From Pyrobaculum calidifontis JCM 11548 (GTDB lineage Archaea; Thermoproteota; Thermoprotei; Thermoproteales; Thermoproteaceae): a stretch of 32,000 nucleotides of DNA. The translations under genes and the position numbers were made by a program. Under the pieces are notes generated by a model. The model did not search any database and had not been told where the DNA came from. It saw only the letters and a list, made by a program, of their open reading frames with translations. Each line of letters opens with the position of its first letter. Within the stretch, counting starts at the first letter, position 1. This document shows, piece after piece, positions 16,542-24,650 of the stretch. The stretch spans positions 300,001-332,000 of the forward strand of contig NC_009073.1 of NCBI RefSeq assembly GCF_000015805.1, given 5' to 3'.

Positions 16542-18067
16542 GTGTATCCAAACCTCCTAGCCTCCTCGGCCACAGCGGCTTTAAAGTCCAGCCTCTTTCC
16601 CCAGAGCATTTCCACGATAGTCCTCCTAGCCTCAAGCGGGTCTTCGAACTCCGCCGCCTTTAAGACGGCCTCTACTCTCAGGGCGAGCTCTTGCTTCAAC
16701 TCCACGTCGTACATCTCCCGGACATATGCGGCAAGGCGCGGCGTCAGTTGCGAAACGTCCACAACCTTCACCTCTCTGCCCTCGGCCGCCAAGGCCTTCG
16801 CCTCTTTTACATACCTGGCCCCTGCCACGGCCGATAACTGAATGACGAGAATTGAGTCGAGGGCCTCCGGCGGGGCCTCGGCCTCCACGATCCTAGTCAC
16901 TGCGTCTCTCACAGTCTCTGCGTGCATGGTGGTCAAGGCGCCGTGGCCAGTGAGCTTGTAGCTCGCCAAGGTCCTCAGCTCGGCTGGCGTCCTCGCCTCG
17001 GCCAACGCCACCACCGTGTGAACAGTGCCGTATCTAAGCGCCTGGTCTAGCGCGGCCCACAGCTTCTCCTCATTGGGGACGGAGAGGTGTAGGAGTTGGC
17101 CCTCCAGCGGAGCCCAGATCTCCCTCGCGCCGCGCTCCACTGCCACCACTTGCACCCACGGGGGAACGAGGTAGAGGAGCTGGTTCAACTGCGTCGTCTT
17201 GCCAGAGCCCATCCCGCCGCTGAAAATCACGCCGCCCCTAGTCTCAAGCACAAGGGAGGCCAAGGCGAGTAGCTCAAGGCCCTCAACGCCGTAGGTGACC
17301 CCGGCGCTGGACTCCTCGAACCTGGGCCTCGTCAAATATGGCTTTAACAACGCCTTGGAGGGCTTCGGTACGCTTGACATTTTTCTAATATTGACGTTGT
17401 ACTCCAAGAGGTCAGCCGCAATCCTGGCCTTATACACTTGGTCCTCCCGGGTGAGCAACGGCTTGTCCATGGTAAGAGAGGGAACCAGCTGCTTAACTAC
17501 GACGTACATCAGCGGCTCTGGAATTACAATGTTAGTGGGCAACCTCAGCTCATTTCTCACAGCCACTACGCGCCTGTAGCGGCCCAGCTCCAACATTTGA
17601 AACTTGATGTAGTCCAGCTGTTCGCGCAGAGTCTTAGGCACATATGTGAACTTAGCCGCAGGCGCCACTGACTGCGGAATTACGATCTCAGTTAGAAAGG
17701 GGTCGCGCATCATTGCCTCCAGCGCCCCATACCCGGCGTACTCTCTTGCACCGCTCCACCTGTCCAAGAGGTAATGAACGACCTCTCTGTAGTCCTTGTA
17801 AAGCGCCCAGATCGCCCTATCTCCCAGGCCCTCTGCTATTGACTTCATCACGCGGGGGTACTCCCTCTCGTCCGGCGGCACGGCGCCGCGGAACATCACG
17901 AGCAACAAGGCCGTCTGCAACTCGTCGGGTAACTCTGGATCTACCACAACATACATGAGGTCGTCGGTGATACATATGTCGGTCCTCACTCCTCTGTCCA
18001 CGATAACGCCCTCCTTCTTTAGAACACATCGAGATGTCAAGCCCCTATCGGCATGCGCGTAGATCAT
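16538..18067 (-). CDS. cluster gene E: type II/IV secretion-family ATPase (FlaI/TadA/VirB11-like)
   Basis: 509 aa. Walker A motif SGGMGSGKTTQLNQL. Divergent Walker B region VVALAEARTPAE. His-box LTGHGALTTMHA. ATGA overlap with the upstream ParA-like gene. Confidence 0.9.
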   Translation of the reverse strand: MIYAHADRGLTSRCVLKKEGVIVDRGVRTDICITDDLMYVVVDPELPDELQTALLLVMFRGAVPPDEREYPRVMKSIAEGLGDRAIWALYKDYREVVHYLLDRWSGAREYAGYGALEAMMRDPFLTEIVIPQSVAPAAKFTYVPKTLREQLDYIKFQMLELGRYRRVVAVRNELRLPTNIVIPEPLMYVVVKQLVPSLTMDKPLLTREDQVYKARIAADLLEYNVNIRKMSSVPKPSKALLKPYLTRPRFEESSAGVTYGVEGLELLALASLVLETRGGVIFSGGMGSGKTTQLNQLLYLVPPWVQVVAVERGAREIWAPLEGQLLHLSVPNEEKLWAALDQALRYGTVHTVVALAEARTPAELRTLASYKLTGHGALTTMHAETVRDAVTRIVEAEAPPEALDSILVIQLSAVAGARYVKEAKALAAEGREVKVVDVSQLTPRLAAYVREMYDVELKQELALRVEAVLKAAEFEDPLEARRTIVEMLWGKRLDFKAAVAEEARRFGYT

Positions 18068-18768
18068 ACCGCCTTAAGCCTCATCAATATCGTGTCCACA
18101 GCCTTTCTATTCTCCCTGTCGCTTAACACGGCGTCAGCCACAGACTCGCCAGAGAACTCTTGAATCTTAACCCGCTTAATCACCACTGGGGCAATTTTCT
18201 TCGCCACCCTAACCTCCTCTTTCTCAACCATGTTTACCACCACCAAGCTCGAATAGGCCATGTACCTGCGGTACTGCTCCGCCTTTACGTCAGAAATACG
18301 GGATATAAGCCTTCTATCCGACATAAAGACTGTATAGACGCCGGAGCTCTGCAGTGCGGCTAACACCTCCGTCCGGAGGGCGGCTGTGGTATCTATCACC
18401 ACCGTGTCCACCGGGAGGCGTAGCTTTTGTACAAGCTTAGGCATAACCCTTGCCCACTCCAACAGCGCCTGTTCAAAGTCCTCTACTACGTCTACGCCGA
18501 ATTTCTGGTAGGCCTCAAAAGCCTCAAAGCCGGGGATTAGGTAGAGCATGGGGTTAATGCGGTGGACGTAGGGCATTGACCCGTTTATGTATGGGGCAAG
18601 CCACCCCGGCTTCCTAGGGGCTCTGAAGAGCTGCGACAAATCCGCCTTCTCCCAGTCCATGTCCACCAAGAGCGTGTACCCCTTTGCCACAGAGAGCACG
18701 GCGGCCAAGGTAGTCTTGCCCACGCCGCCGTCGAGCGAAGTTATGACTACTACTTTTACAGGCCTCAT
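18064..18768 (-). CDS. cluster gene D: ParA/MinD (SIMIBI) family ATPase, TadZ/CpaE-like position
   Basis: Deviant Walker A motif VVVITSLDGGVGKTTLAAVLS followed by LLVDMDWE. 234 aa. ATGA overlaps on both sides. Confidence 0.85.
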   Translation of the reverse strand: MRPVKVVVITSLDGGVGKTTLAAVLSVAKGYTLLVDMDWEKADLSQLFRAPRKPGWLAPYINGSMPYVHRINPMLYLIPGFEAFEAYQKFGVDVVEDFEQALLEWARVMPKLVQKLRLPVDTVVIDTTAALRTEVLAALQSSGVYTVFMSDRRLISRISDVKAEQYRRYMAYSSLVVVNMVEKEEVRVAKKIAPVVIKRVKIQEFSGESVADAVLSDRENRKAVDTILMRLKAV

Positions 18769-19064
18769 ATGCGCTCCCTCAGCTTCCTATATACAACAGC
18801 CGCCGCGGCCTCCTTTATGCTCTCGCTGTCTGCCACAGGCCCCACCTCCCTCTTGATCTCCTCAATTACGTACGAGGCGGCCTTTCGATCAGATAGCTCT
18901 TCTAGGCCTAGGAGAGAGGGGCGGAGCTTCACTGCCCTTCCCTTGATGTTGAGCAAGGCGATGCGCGCCGCTATGCAGAGGTCTCTATTGGCCTTGTAAA
19001 ATTCAGAGTTGACACAAGCCCTCTCCAACTCTTTCAACATGGCGAGGGTAGCCTCATCAAGCAT
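18765..19064 (-). CDS. cluster gene C: about 99-aa soluble helical protein, unknown function
   Basis: ATG 19064 gives MLDEATLAMLKELERACV. It overlaps the end of gene B by 8 nt and is ATGA-coupled to gene D. The track start at 19094 is a TTG. Confidence 0.5.
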   Translation of the reverse strand: MLDEATLAMLKELERACVNSEFYKANRDLCIAARIALLNIKGRAVKLRPSLLGLEELSDRKAASYVIEEIKREVGPVADSESIKEAAAAVVYRKLRERI

Positions 19065-19647
19065 AACACGCCCTAAGTCTCTCGGGGTCTTCAACCACGC
19101 GCCTCACCACTTCCTCAAACGAGGCGTCAAACTCCAGTCTCTCCCTCAACACCTTCACCAATTCCTCGAGCACAGGCCGAGACTGTGACAGACGCCGGGC
19201 GCCTCCGCCACGCGGCGCCGCCACTCGCCTAATTACCTCAAATGGGTCGTCACAGACAAGCGGATATTCGCCACACAGCCCCGCTAGACGCAGAAGCTCT
19301 GGGTTAAGCTGAAAGTAGGGAATTCTCTCCACCCTGGTGATAAACTCCACCAAGCTCTTTACCGCAGTACGAACGTCGCTCCACCTATACTTCTTGACAA
19401 ATGTCGCCACTGGACAGCTGAGGGGCCCCGGCCTCACCCTGGAGTAAACTACATCAAGGCCCTCCACAGAGGCGACGATGTATATGACAATGGGCTTCTC
19501 CGGCCTCTTGCAGTACGGCTCCACGTCCTCCGGCCTCCACATGTAGGCCTCCTTAAGCATGTAGACGCCGCCGACCGGCGCCTCTCCCCACCGCAGAGCC
19601 CACCCCTCCCCAAGCGCCTTGGCCACCTCCTCCACCCTCGCGATCAT
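19057..19647 (-). CDS. cluster gene B: about 196-aa soluble protein, unknown function
   Basis: ATG 19647 gives MIARVEEVAKALGEGW and forms an ATGA overlap with the stop of gene A. The longer track ORF (to 19713) would overlap A by 70 nt. Confidence 0.55.
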   Translation of the reverse strand: MIARVEEVAKALGEGWALRWGEAPVGGVYMLKEAYMWRPEDVEPYCKRPEKPIVIYIVASVEGLDVVYSRVRPGPLSCPVATFVKKYRWSDVRTAVKSLVEFITRVERIPYFQLNPELLRLAGLCGEYPLVCDDPFEVIRRVAAPRGGGARRLSQSRPVLEELVKVLRERLEFDASFEEVVRRVVEDPERLRACYA

Positions 19648-20342
19648 GCCGACACGCCGAATTGTACAAACCCACGGGGGGCTTGAACAGTTGTACAACC
19701 CGACGAGTTGCACACAGCACGCCTCCCCATCATGAAGTCTATGTGCGGCATGCGCCCAGTGTCAAGCCAGTACAGCCACTCTGCCAAGTGGCCATTCCTC
19801 CTATCCCGCCACCTCGTCCACGCCACCCACGCGTAGCCCCTCTCCCAAGCCAACTCCCTCAACCAGCGAGGGAAAGCCTCTCTAAACACCTCCCAAGGCC
19901 GCGACTCTGGCACATCAGAAACCCACTTAAACAACGCGGAAGCCCTGTTCCGCCACACATACCTCCTATCCCCCGACGTAAGCGACGTCAAAAGATAACA
20001 CGGAGACACTTGCACCCTCACGTCAAGCACAACGTCGTTTTTTACATACGGCCACGCCGCCCTGGCCCCAGGGTGGACATAGCCGCCCTCGGCAAAGAGG
20101 AGCCACTCATCCCTAAACCTCCCCCCGATTCGAAGCCCCCTCACTACCAAGTGGGCAACCCGAGGATTAGAGAAGATATAATCCACTAATTCGTCCACGC
20201 TATTGACGACGTGGCTAAGCCTCTCCAAAAGAACTTCTACGAAGTCTCTCCCAAGTAACTCGACCCAATCCCTGGGCTCCCGGTGTAGAAATATGCAGGG
20301 GTCAACTCTCGCCTTCACAAGATATAATAAGCTTAAAACCAC
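19644..20342 (-). CDS. cluster gene A: 232-aa Trp/Arg-rich soluble protein, unknown function
   Basis: First ORF of the cluster. GTG start, which is uncertain. The antisense ORF 19662-20189 is P/R/H-rich and is judged to be a shadow. Confidence 0.5.
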   Translation of the reverse strand: MVLSLLYLVKARVDPCIFLHREPRDWVELLGRDFVEVLLERLSHVVNSVDELVDYIFSNPRVAHLVVRGLRIGGRFRDEWLLFAEGGYVHPGARAAWPYVKNDVVLDVRVQVSPCYLLTSLTSGDRRYVWRNRASALFKWVSDVPESRPWEVFREAFPRWLRELAWERGYAWVAWTRWRDRRNGHLAEWLYWLDTGRMPHIDFMMGRRAVCNSSGCTTVQAPRGFVQFGVSA

Positions 20343-20450
20343 ATACGCATAAAAGCTAGCGCCTACATACCCACGACACAGGAGGCGGATTCAATATACA
20401 ACTTTAATGAGGAAAACCCAGCGAAGAGTTAGGGAAGCATTGTAAAAACG

Positions 20451-20574
20451 TGGTAGCCCGGCCGGGATTCGAATTCCCGGGCTTGCTCCTCCCGGGCCAC
20501 GGGGTTTCTCCTCCCTGGATCCAGAGCCCCGCATCCCTAGCCGGGTTCCCCGTTGGCCGCTAGACGACCGGGCT
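20451..20574 (-). tRNA. tRNA-Gln(CUG) with three introns (D-loop, anticodon loop 37/38, T-arm)
   Basis: The manual fold of the reverse complement is AGCCCGG-TC-GTCT-AGCGGCCAA[~16-nt intron]GGAT-G-CGGGG-CU CUG G[15-nt intron]A-CCCCG-TGGC-CCGGG[17-nt intron]TTCGAAT-CCCGG-CCGGGCT-A-CCA. The A1:U72 pair fits archaeal tRNA-Gln. CCA is encoded. 124 nt minus 48 nt of introns gives 76 nt. A T5 run follows the 3' end. TTTAAAAA box about 27 nt upstream. Confidence 0.8.
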
Positions 20575-20648
20575 CGCCTCCTTTATACCGCCGCGTTTTT
20601 AAACTTTTCGCGGAGAAAACTTTTATATAGACACTGGGCATACCCCTT

Positions 20649-20870
20649 ATGGCCGGGGAAATCTCTATAACTTTGACGTCAGAGTATTTAGTTAGGCAAA
20701 TCTACGCTAGATTGGCTGGCGAGTTGAAGAACTTGGGAGGGGCGGTTGCGCCAGTTGTGGAAGGCAGGACAATCCGCGTGCAGTACGTCAAAGGAGTTGA
20801 GGAAGTCTTGTGGCGAGTGGTGAAGAGCACCCCCGCCGCCGTTTTTGCGAGCATAGATTTTAAAAAGTAG
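20649..20870 (+). CDS. 73-aa hypothetical protein
   Basis: TTTTATATA at about 20622-20630 sits about 24 nt upstream of ATG 20649 (leaderless geometry). No recognisable motif. Confidence 0.5.
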   Translation: MAGEISITLTSEYLVRQIYARLAGELKNLGGAVAPVVEGRTIRVQYVKGVEEVLWRVVKSTPAAVFASIDFKK

Positions 20871-20882
20871 CCACAATACAGT

Positions 20883-21485
20883 GTGCCCAGAGTTGCAAAA
20901 CCCTGTATCTTTCTCGGCTCTTGTTCAGGCGACTTGGGGGATACCGAGGTCCTCTGGCTTGGGAAGCCGCTCTGCGTCTCTAAGGCCTCTGGAATTATAA
21001 AAGTCTTCGGCGCATTGGAAACCGCGTTGGCGTATCTAAACCTAGCCGCCCTGAAGTGCGAAAGACAGAGGAAGTGCTTAACCCGGCTGTACTGGTCTCT
21101 GCAAAACCTAGGCTTCTACCTCTCCACGGGAGAGGAGAGGTACTTCGCCCAAAGCCTCCACATGCTTCAAAAAGGGATACACTGCCTAAAGCCCCTGCTA
21201 CCAGACACGCCCCTAGGGTGGATCTACTGCCTAGACGAGTGTTGCGGCTATGTGAACAGCGCCAGGGCGTGGGTAAGGTGGGTAGAGAGGAGAATTACGG
21301 CAGTGGAAGAAGGCAGGAAAGCCATCCTAGTGCTAAACCATTTAGCCAACGCGCTTTTTGAAACCATGCGCACGGCCAACCACGGCGTGAAAATCGGCAA
21401 TCGCCTAGTGGTGCCCCAGACCCAGCTCGACGCCCCCGTTCCTCCCTGCCTTGACGAATGTCCCACAAACGGCAAAACTGCGTAA
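20883..21485 (+). CDS. 200-aa Cys-rich hypothetical protein with a duplicated CLDEC motif
   Basis: GTG start 12 nt after the previous stop. 13 Cys residues, including YCLDECCGY and PPCLDECPT. No family recognised. Confidence 0.45.
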   Translation: MPRVAKPCIFLGSCSGDLGDTEVLWLGKPLCVSKASGIIKVFGALETALAYLNLAALKCERQRKCLTRLYWSLQNLGFYLSTGEERYFAQSLHMLQKGIHCLKPLLPDTPLGWIYCLDECCGYVNSARAWVRWVERRITAVEEGRKAILVLNHLANALFETMRTANHGVKIGNRLVVPQTQLDAPVPPCLDECPTNGKTA

Positions 21486-21488
21486 AGA

Positions 21489-21593
21489 TGGTGGACCGGC
21501 CGGGATTCGAATTCCCGGGGGTCTCCCTCCCGGGATCACCCGCGTTCCTGGGCCTCTTGCAAGGCGGGCATCCTTCCGCTAGACTACCGGCCC
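21489..21593 (-). tRNA. tRNA-Ala(UGC) with two introns (anticodon loop and T-arm)
   Basis: The manual fold is GGGCCGG-TA-GTCT-AGCGGAA-GGAT-G-CCCGC-CU UGC A[13-nt intron]N-GCGGG-TGATC-CCGGG[17-nt intron]TTCGAAT-CCCGG-CCGGTCC-A-CCA. The G3:U70 alanine identity pair is present. CCA is encoded. TTTTAAA box about 26 nt upstream. Confidence 0.9.
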
Positions 21594-21688
21594 CAACGCC
21601 TCGTATATGTCGGTTTAAAAGTTTTCAACGGCGGTGCCCAACGCTCAAGAGGACCTAGCCAAAAGGAGAAAAATGTGAAAAAATGGGA

Positions 21689-22102
21689 CTACCCCTTTAC
21701 TATCAGCACGTCTATTGGCGACTCTTGTACCACTCTCGAGGAGACGCTTCCCATGAGCACGCGCCTAATGGTAGACAAGCCGCGGGAACCCAGCACTATG
21801 AGGGACGCGTTTACCTCTTTCGCAAATTTTACAATCTCGTGGGCGGGGTCCCCCTCCAAGACTTTTCCCTCGGCGTTGCCGCCCAGCAGTTGAACCGCCT
21901 CCTTAACCAAGTAATCGGCCTTCTCCCTAAGACTTGCAAGTATGCTAGGAGAGGCAAATACGTCTGATAGAGAGAGTACCGCCGTGTCTATTACATGGAC
22001 TACGTACACCTTTGAGCCAAATTTCTCAGCCAAGACCTTCACCTTCTCCAAGGCCTTTTTTGAGTATACCGAGCCGTCATAGCCTACAACTATCCGCTCC
22101 AT
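21689..22102 (-). CDS. universal stress protein (UspA family)
   Basis: 137 aa. MERIVVGYDGS...VYVVHVID...LIVLGSRGLSTIRRVLMGSVSSRVVQESPIDVLIV contains the ATP-binding G-2x-G-9x-G(S/T) motif. Confidence 0.9.
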   Translation of the reverse strand: MERIVVGYDGSVYSKKALEKVKVLAEKFGSKVYVVHVIDTAVLSLSDVFASPSILASLREKADYLVKEAVQLLGGNAEGKVLEGDPAHEIVKFAKEVNASLIVLGSRGLSTIRRVLMGSVSSRVVQESPIDVLIVKG

Positions 22103-22130
22103 AAAGAAAAGTAGTTCTTACTTAAAAAAA

Positions 22131-22568
22131 TTAATCGCCAGCGGGGGCGTACTCCTCGTGCCGCTCGCCTCTGCCAAACTCTACCAAGCTCCTCAACACG
22201 GGCTCCTCTGCCACCAAATCTCTTATCGAAATTACGCCGTATAGCTTCCCGCCCCTTGTGACTACCACGTGGCGTATGTTGTGCTGCCTCATGACCTCGG
22301 CCACCTTCCACACAGGCTCATCCCCCTCCACAGTGATCACCGGCGTCGACATTATGGCGCTCACGGGCCCGTCTAAGTTAACCCCCTTTGCCACAGCTCT
22401 TACTATGTCCCTCTCACTGACGACGCCCACGGCCACATCCGGCTGAGACTTGTCCACAATAACCACAAGCCCAATCTTCTTCTCGGCCATGATACGCGCC
22501 ACCTCTTTTATCTTTGCATCAGGAGTGGCAGTAATGGGAGGCCTTCTCGCTATTGTTTCCGCCTTCAT
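22131..22568 (-). CDS. CBS domain pair protein
   Basis: 145 aa with two CBS repeats (IKEVARIMAEKKIGLVVIVD and VWKVAEVMRQHNIRHVVVT...GVISIRDL). TTTATTAATATAAG box upstream. Confidence 0.9.
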   Translation of the reverse strand: MKAETIARRPPITATPDAKIKEVARIMAEKKIGLVVIVDKSQPDVAVGVVSERDIVRAVAKGVNLDGPVSAIMSTPVITVEGDEPVWKVAEVMRQHNIRHVVVTRGGKLYGVISIRDLVAEEPVLRSLVEFGRGERHEEYAPAGD

Positions 22569-22607
22569 AGATAAAGGATTTGCTTATATTAATAAAGATT
22601 TTTGAAC

Positions 22608-23810
22608 TCAGCGCTTGGCTAAAACTTGGAATAACAAGGGGATCGCAGACCCAAAAAGTATGACGCTTGAGAAGAGGAATGCCCCATGGGGCCACGCGGC
22701 GTAGATGTACCCCGTGGCCACTCCGCCCACGATAGAGCCTAGATACTCCAACGCCAGCGTCAGCCCCATCACCCTCCCCCTATTATCCGGCGTTATGTAG
22801 TCGCCCACCAAGGCCCTCCTAATAGACATAGCGATCTCAAAGCCAATCCCCGTGATAATGGCCGAGGCCACTAGCGAAACCACGTTGTGCCAAACCCCCA
22901 ACATCAAGTAGCCAACAGCCGTGAGCAATAGGCCGGAAAACAGGGCGTGGACACGCGGCGCCTTGTCGATAACTGGCATAAGCACAAAGCCGAAGAGGAT
23001 GCCCACAGCAGTCGCCGCGCTGTTGATAACCCCCCAAGAGGTGTTATCAATCCCAATGACGTTTGTCGCATAGAGCACGCCAAAAGTCTGCAAAGAGACC
23101 GCAGCTAGGCTACTAGTAAAACCGAGAAATGTGACATAGGCCATGAAGGGGGGCAGAGAGGCAAACCCACGCCAAAACGCGTAAGAGTCCAACAACTCCC
23201 TAAGAGAGACGGCGCGCCTAGGCGTTATAGTCTCTTGGAGTGCCTTCATCCGAAGCAGAGCCACGGCCGTGGAAATGGCCCCAGACAAGAGGAAGGAAAG
23301 CCTCATGCCCAACAAGCCGAAGGAGTCCAAGAGGAAACCGCCCACCGGCGGGAGGAAAAGCCAGGGGATCTGGGGGAGGACAGCGGTGAGCATCATACCC
23401 CCACCCCTCTTCTCAGGGGGAAGAGAATCCAAGAGAATGGCCGTAAGCGCCGGCTGGTAGAAGTGCAACGCCCAATCCACGACGTACACAACGGCAAACT
23501 GCCTCCAGTCCTGCACCAACGCGTAGAAGAATTGTACAACGCTAATTCCCCACGTCCCCACCACAATAGCCCTCTTCCGCCCAATCACGTCGGTTAAGAC
23601 GCCCCCAGGGAGAATCGTAACCATGACGGCCAAGGCCCCCAGAGACCTCACCACGCCAATCTCCACGTCGGATGCCCCCAGCATATGCATATACTTAGAC
23701 ATGTAAGGCATAGTCAAAGACCCAGAGATGGCGAACAAAAACCAAGAAATCATCATAACTCCCACATTCCCCCTAAACCACTCTGAGATGCCCACGAAGC
23801 CGTCACACAC
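22608..23810 (-). CDS. MFS transporter
   Basis: About 12 hydrophobic helices. The loop 2-3 signature is GGVLTDVIGRKR. The start is uncertain, being either GTG 23810 or ATG 23756 (MMISWFLF). Confidence 0.85.
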   Translation of the reverse strand: MCDGFVGISEWFRGNVGVMMISWFLFAISGSLTMPYMSKYMHMLGASDVEIGVVRSLGALAVMVTILPGGVLTDVIGRKRAIVVGTWGISVVQFFYALVQDWRQFAVVYVVDWALHFYQPALTAILLDSLPPEKRGGGMMLTAVLPQIPWLFLPPVGGFLLDSFGLLGMRLSFLLSGAISTAVALLRMKALQETITPRRAVSLRELLDSYAFWRGFASLPPFMAYVTFLGFTSSLAAVSLQTFGVLYATNVIGIDNTSWGVINSAATAVGILFGFVLMPVIDKAPRVHALFSGLLLTAVGYLMLGVWHNVVSLVASAIITGIGFEIAMSIRRALVGDYITPDNRGRVMGLTLALEYLGSIVGGVATGYIYAAWPHGAFLFSSVILFGSAIPLLFQVLAKR

Positions 23811-23905
23811 CCCACCCCCTTATAAGTATGAATAGCGTCCCACAAACGTCTGCCGTCATCTGACTCTAGGCACAAACCTTAAAAATAGCTGTAAAGAGGC
23901 GGCGG

Positions 23906-24565
23906 ATGAACAACTGGGTAGTCTTCGCGCTTGGACTAGCCATCACCGCCGGCGTCCTCTTCGCCACCTTAGCCACAGGCGCCTATCAGAGAGAGCACCT
24001 CTTCAAGCCCTACTGGGAGGACCCCCAGAAGAGACAGCAGATATTGACAACCGCGGCGCAGGTCGGCATAGAGGTGAGCCGCGGCAACGAGGGAGTCGTC
24101 GTAGTGGGCTACCGAGACCAAATCGGCGCGCCCAATAGGCAAGAGCTACTATCCGTGTTAAACCAACTACTAAAAGACGCGCAAGGCTACACAGTCTACC
24201 TAGCCCCCTGGGCCACAGACAACGCCACGCGGCAGTACCTATCCCTCCTCTACACAGGCCAGCTAAAGCCAGAGGACTACCTCAGGGGAGTCCTCACAAA
24301 CGCCACCGCCCAGTCGCCGAGAGTCGACCAAGCCGCCAGACTGGCAGACGAAGTAGCCACCGCCTACGGCACATATAGGCCGCTCGGGGGGCAACCCGCG
24401 GCGCCAAGGCCGCCCATCTACGTCGCCATATTCAGATACGACACGACCTACGTGGTATACGAGCCCTTCACTCCAGGCAGAGATACCACATACTCCGACT
24501 GGTACAAGTGGGTAAAAACAGCACTGGAAAACCTAAGACAAGGCCAAGGCAGGACAACTCCGTAA
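23906..24565 (+). CDS. 219-aa N-terminally anchored hypothetical protein
   Basis: MNNWVVFALGLAITAGVLFATLA is followed by a soluble domain. CTTAAAAATAG box about 26 nt upstream of the ATG. Confidence 0.6.
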   Translation: MNNWVVFALGLAITAGVLFATLATGAYQREHLFKPYWEDPQKRQQILTTAAQVGIEVSRGNEGVVVVGYRDQIGAPNRQELLSVLNQLLKDAQGYTVYLAPWATDNATRQYLSLLYTGQLKPEDYLRGVLTNATAQSPRVDQAARLADEVATAYGTYRPLGGQPAAPRPPIYVAIFRYDTTYVVYEPFTPGRDTTYSDWYKWVKTALENLRQGQGRTTP

Positions 24566-24650
24566 CCGCCGACCTGGTCCGTTGGACGGATCACAAGTTC
24601 TCTGCACTTATCCGTTGCCACAAAGCTACACGGCGGACTTCAACTACACC

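Noticed and set aside
19662-20189. 175-aa plus-strand ORF opposite cluster gene A
   Set aside because: It is extremely P/R/H-rich, which marks it as a shadow frame. The minus frame is ATGA-coupled into the operon.
7699-20450. Whole filament cluster as an element integrated at the 3' end of tRNA-Gln
   Set aside because: No second copy of the tRNA-Gln 3' end is visible near 7700 or elsewhere in the window. There is no integrase, and the composition looks like that of the flanking genes.
20458-21519. 24-bp direct repeat (ccggccgggattcgaattcccggg) as att sites bounding a 1-kb element
   Set aside because: Both copies are integral parts (acceptor 3' strand, T-arm and T-arm intron) of two complete, different tRNA genes (Gln and Ala). 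The identity reflects tRNA and intron similarity, not an orphan att fragment.
23749-23756. ATGATGA on the minus strand as a C box of a second C/D sRNA
   Set aside because: It is the likely MFS start (ATG ATG ATT...). No correctly spaced D', C' or D boxes follow. Other UGAUGA-like strings (near 1226, 17815, 18073 and 27523 on the minus strand, and 27931 on the plus strand) also lack partner boxes.
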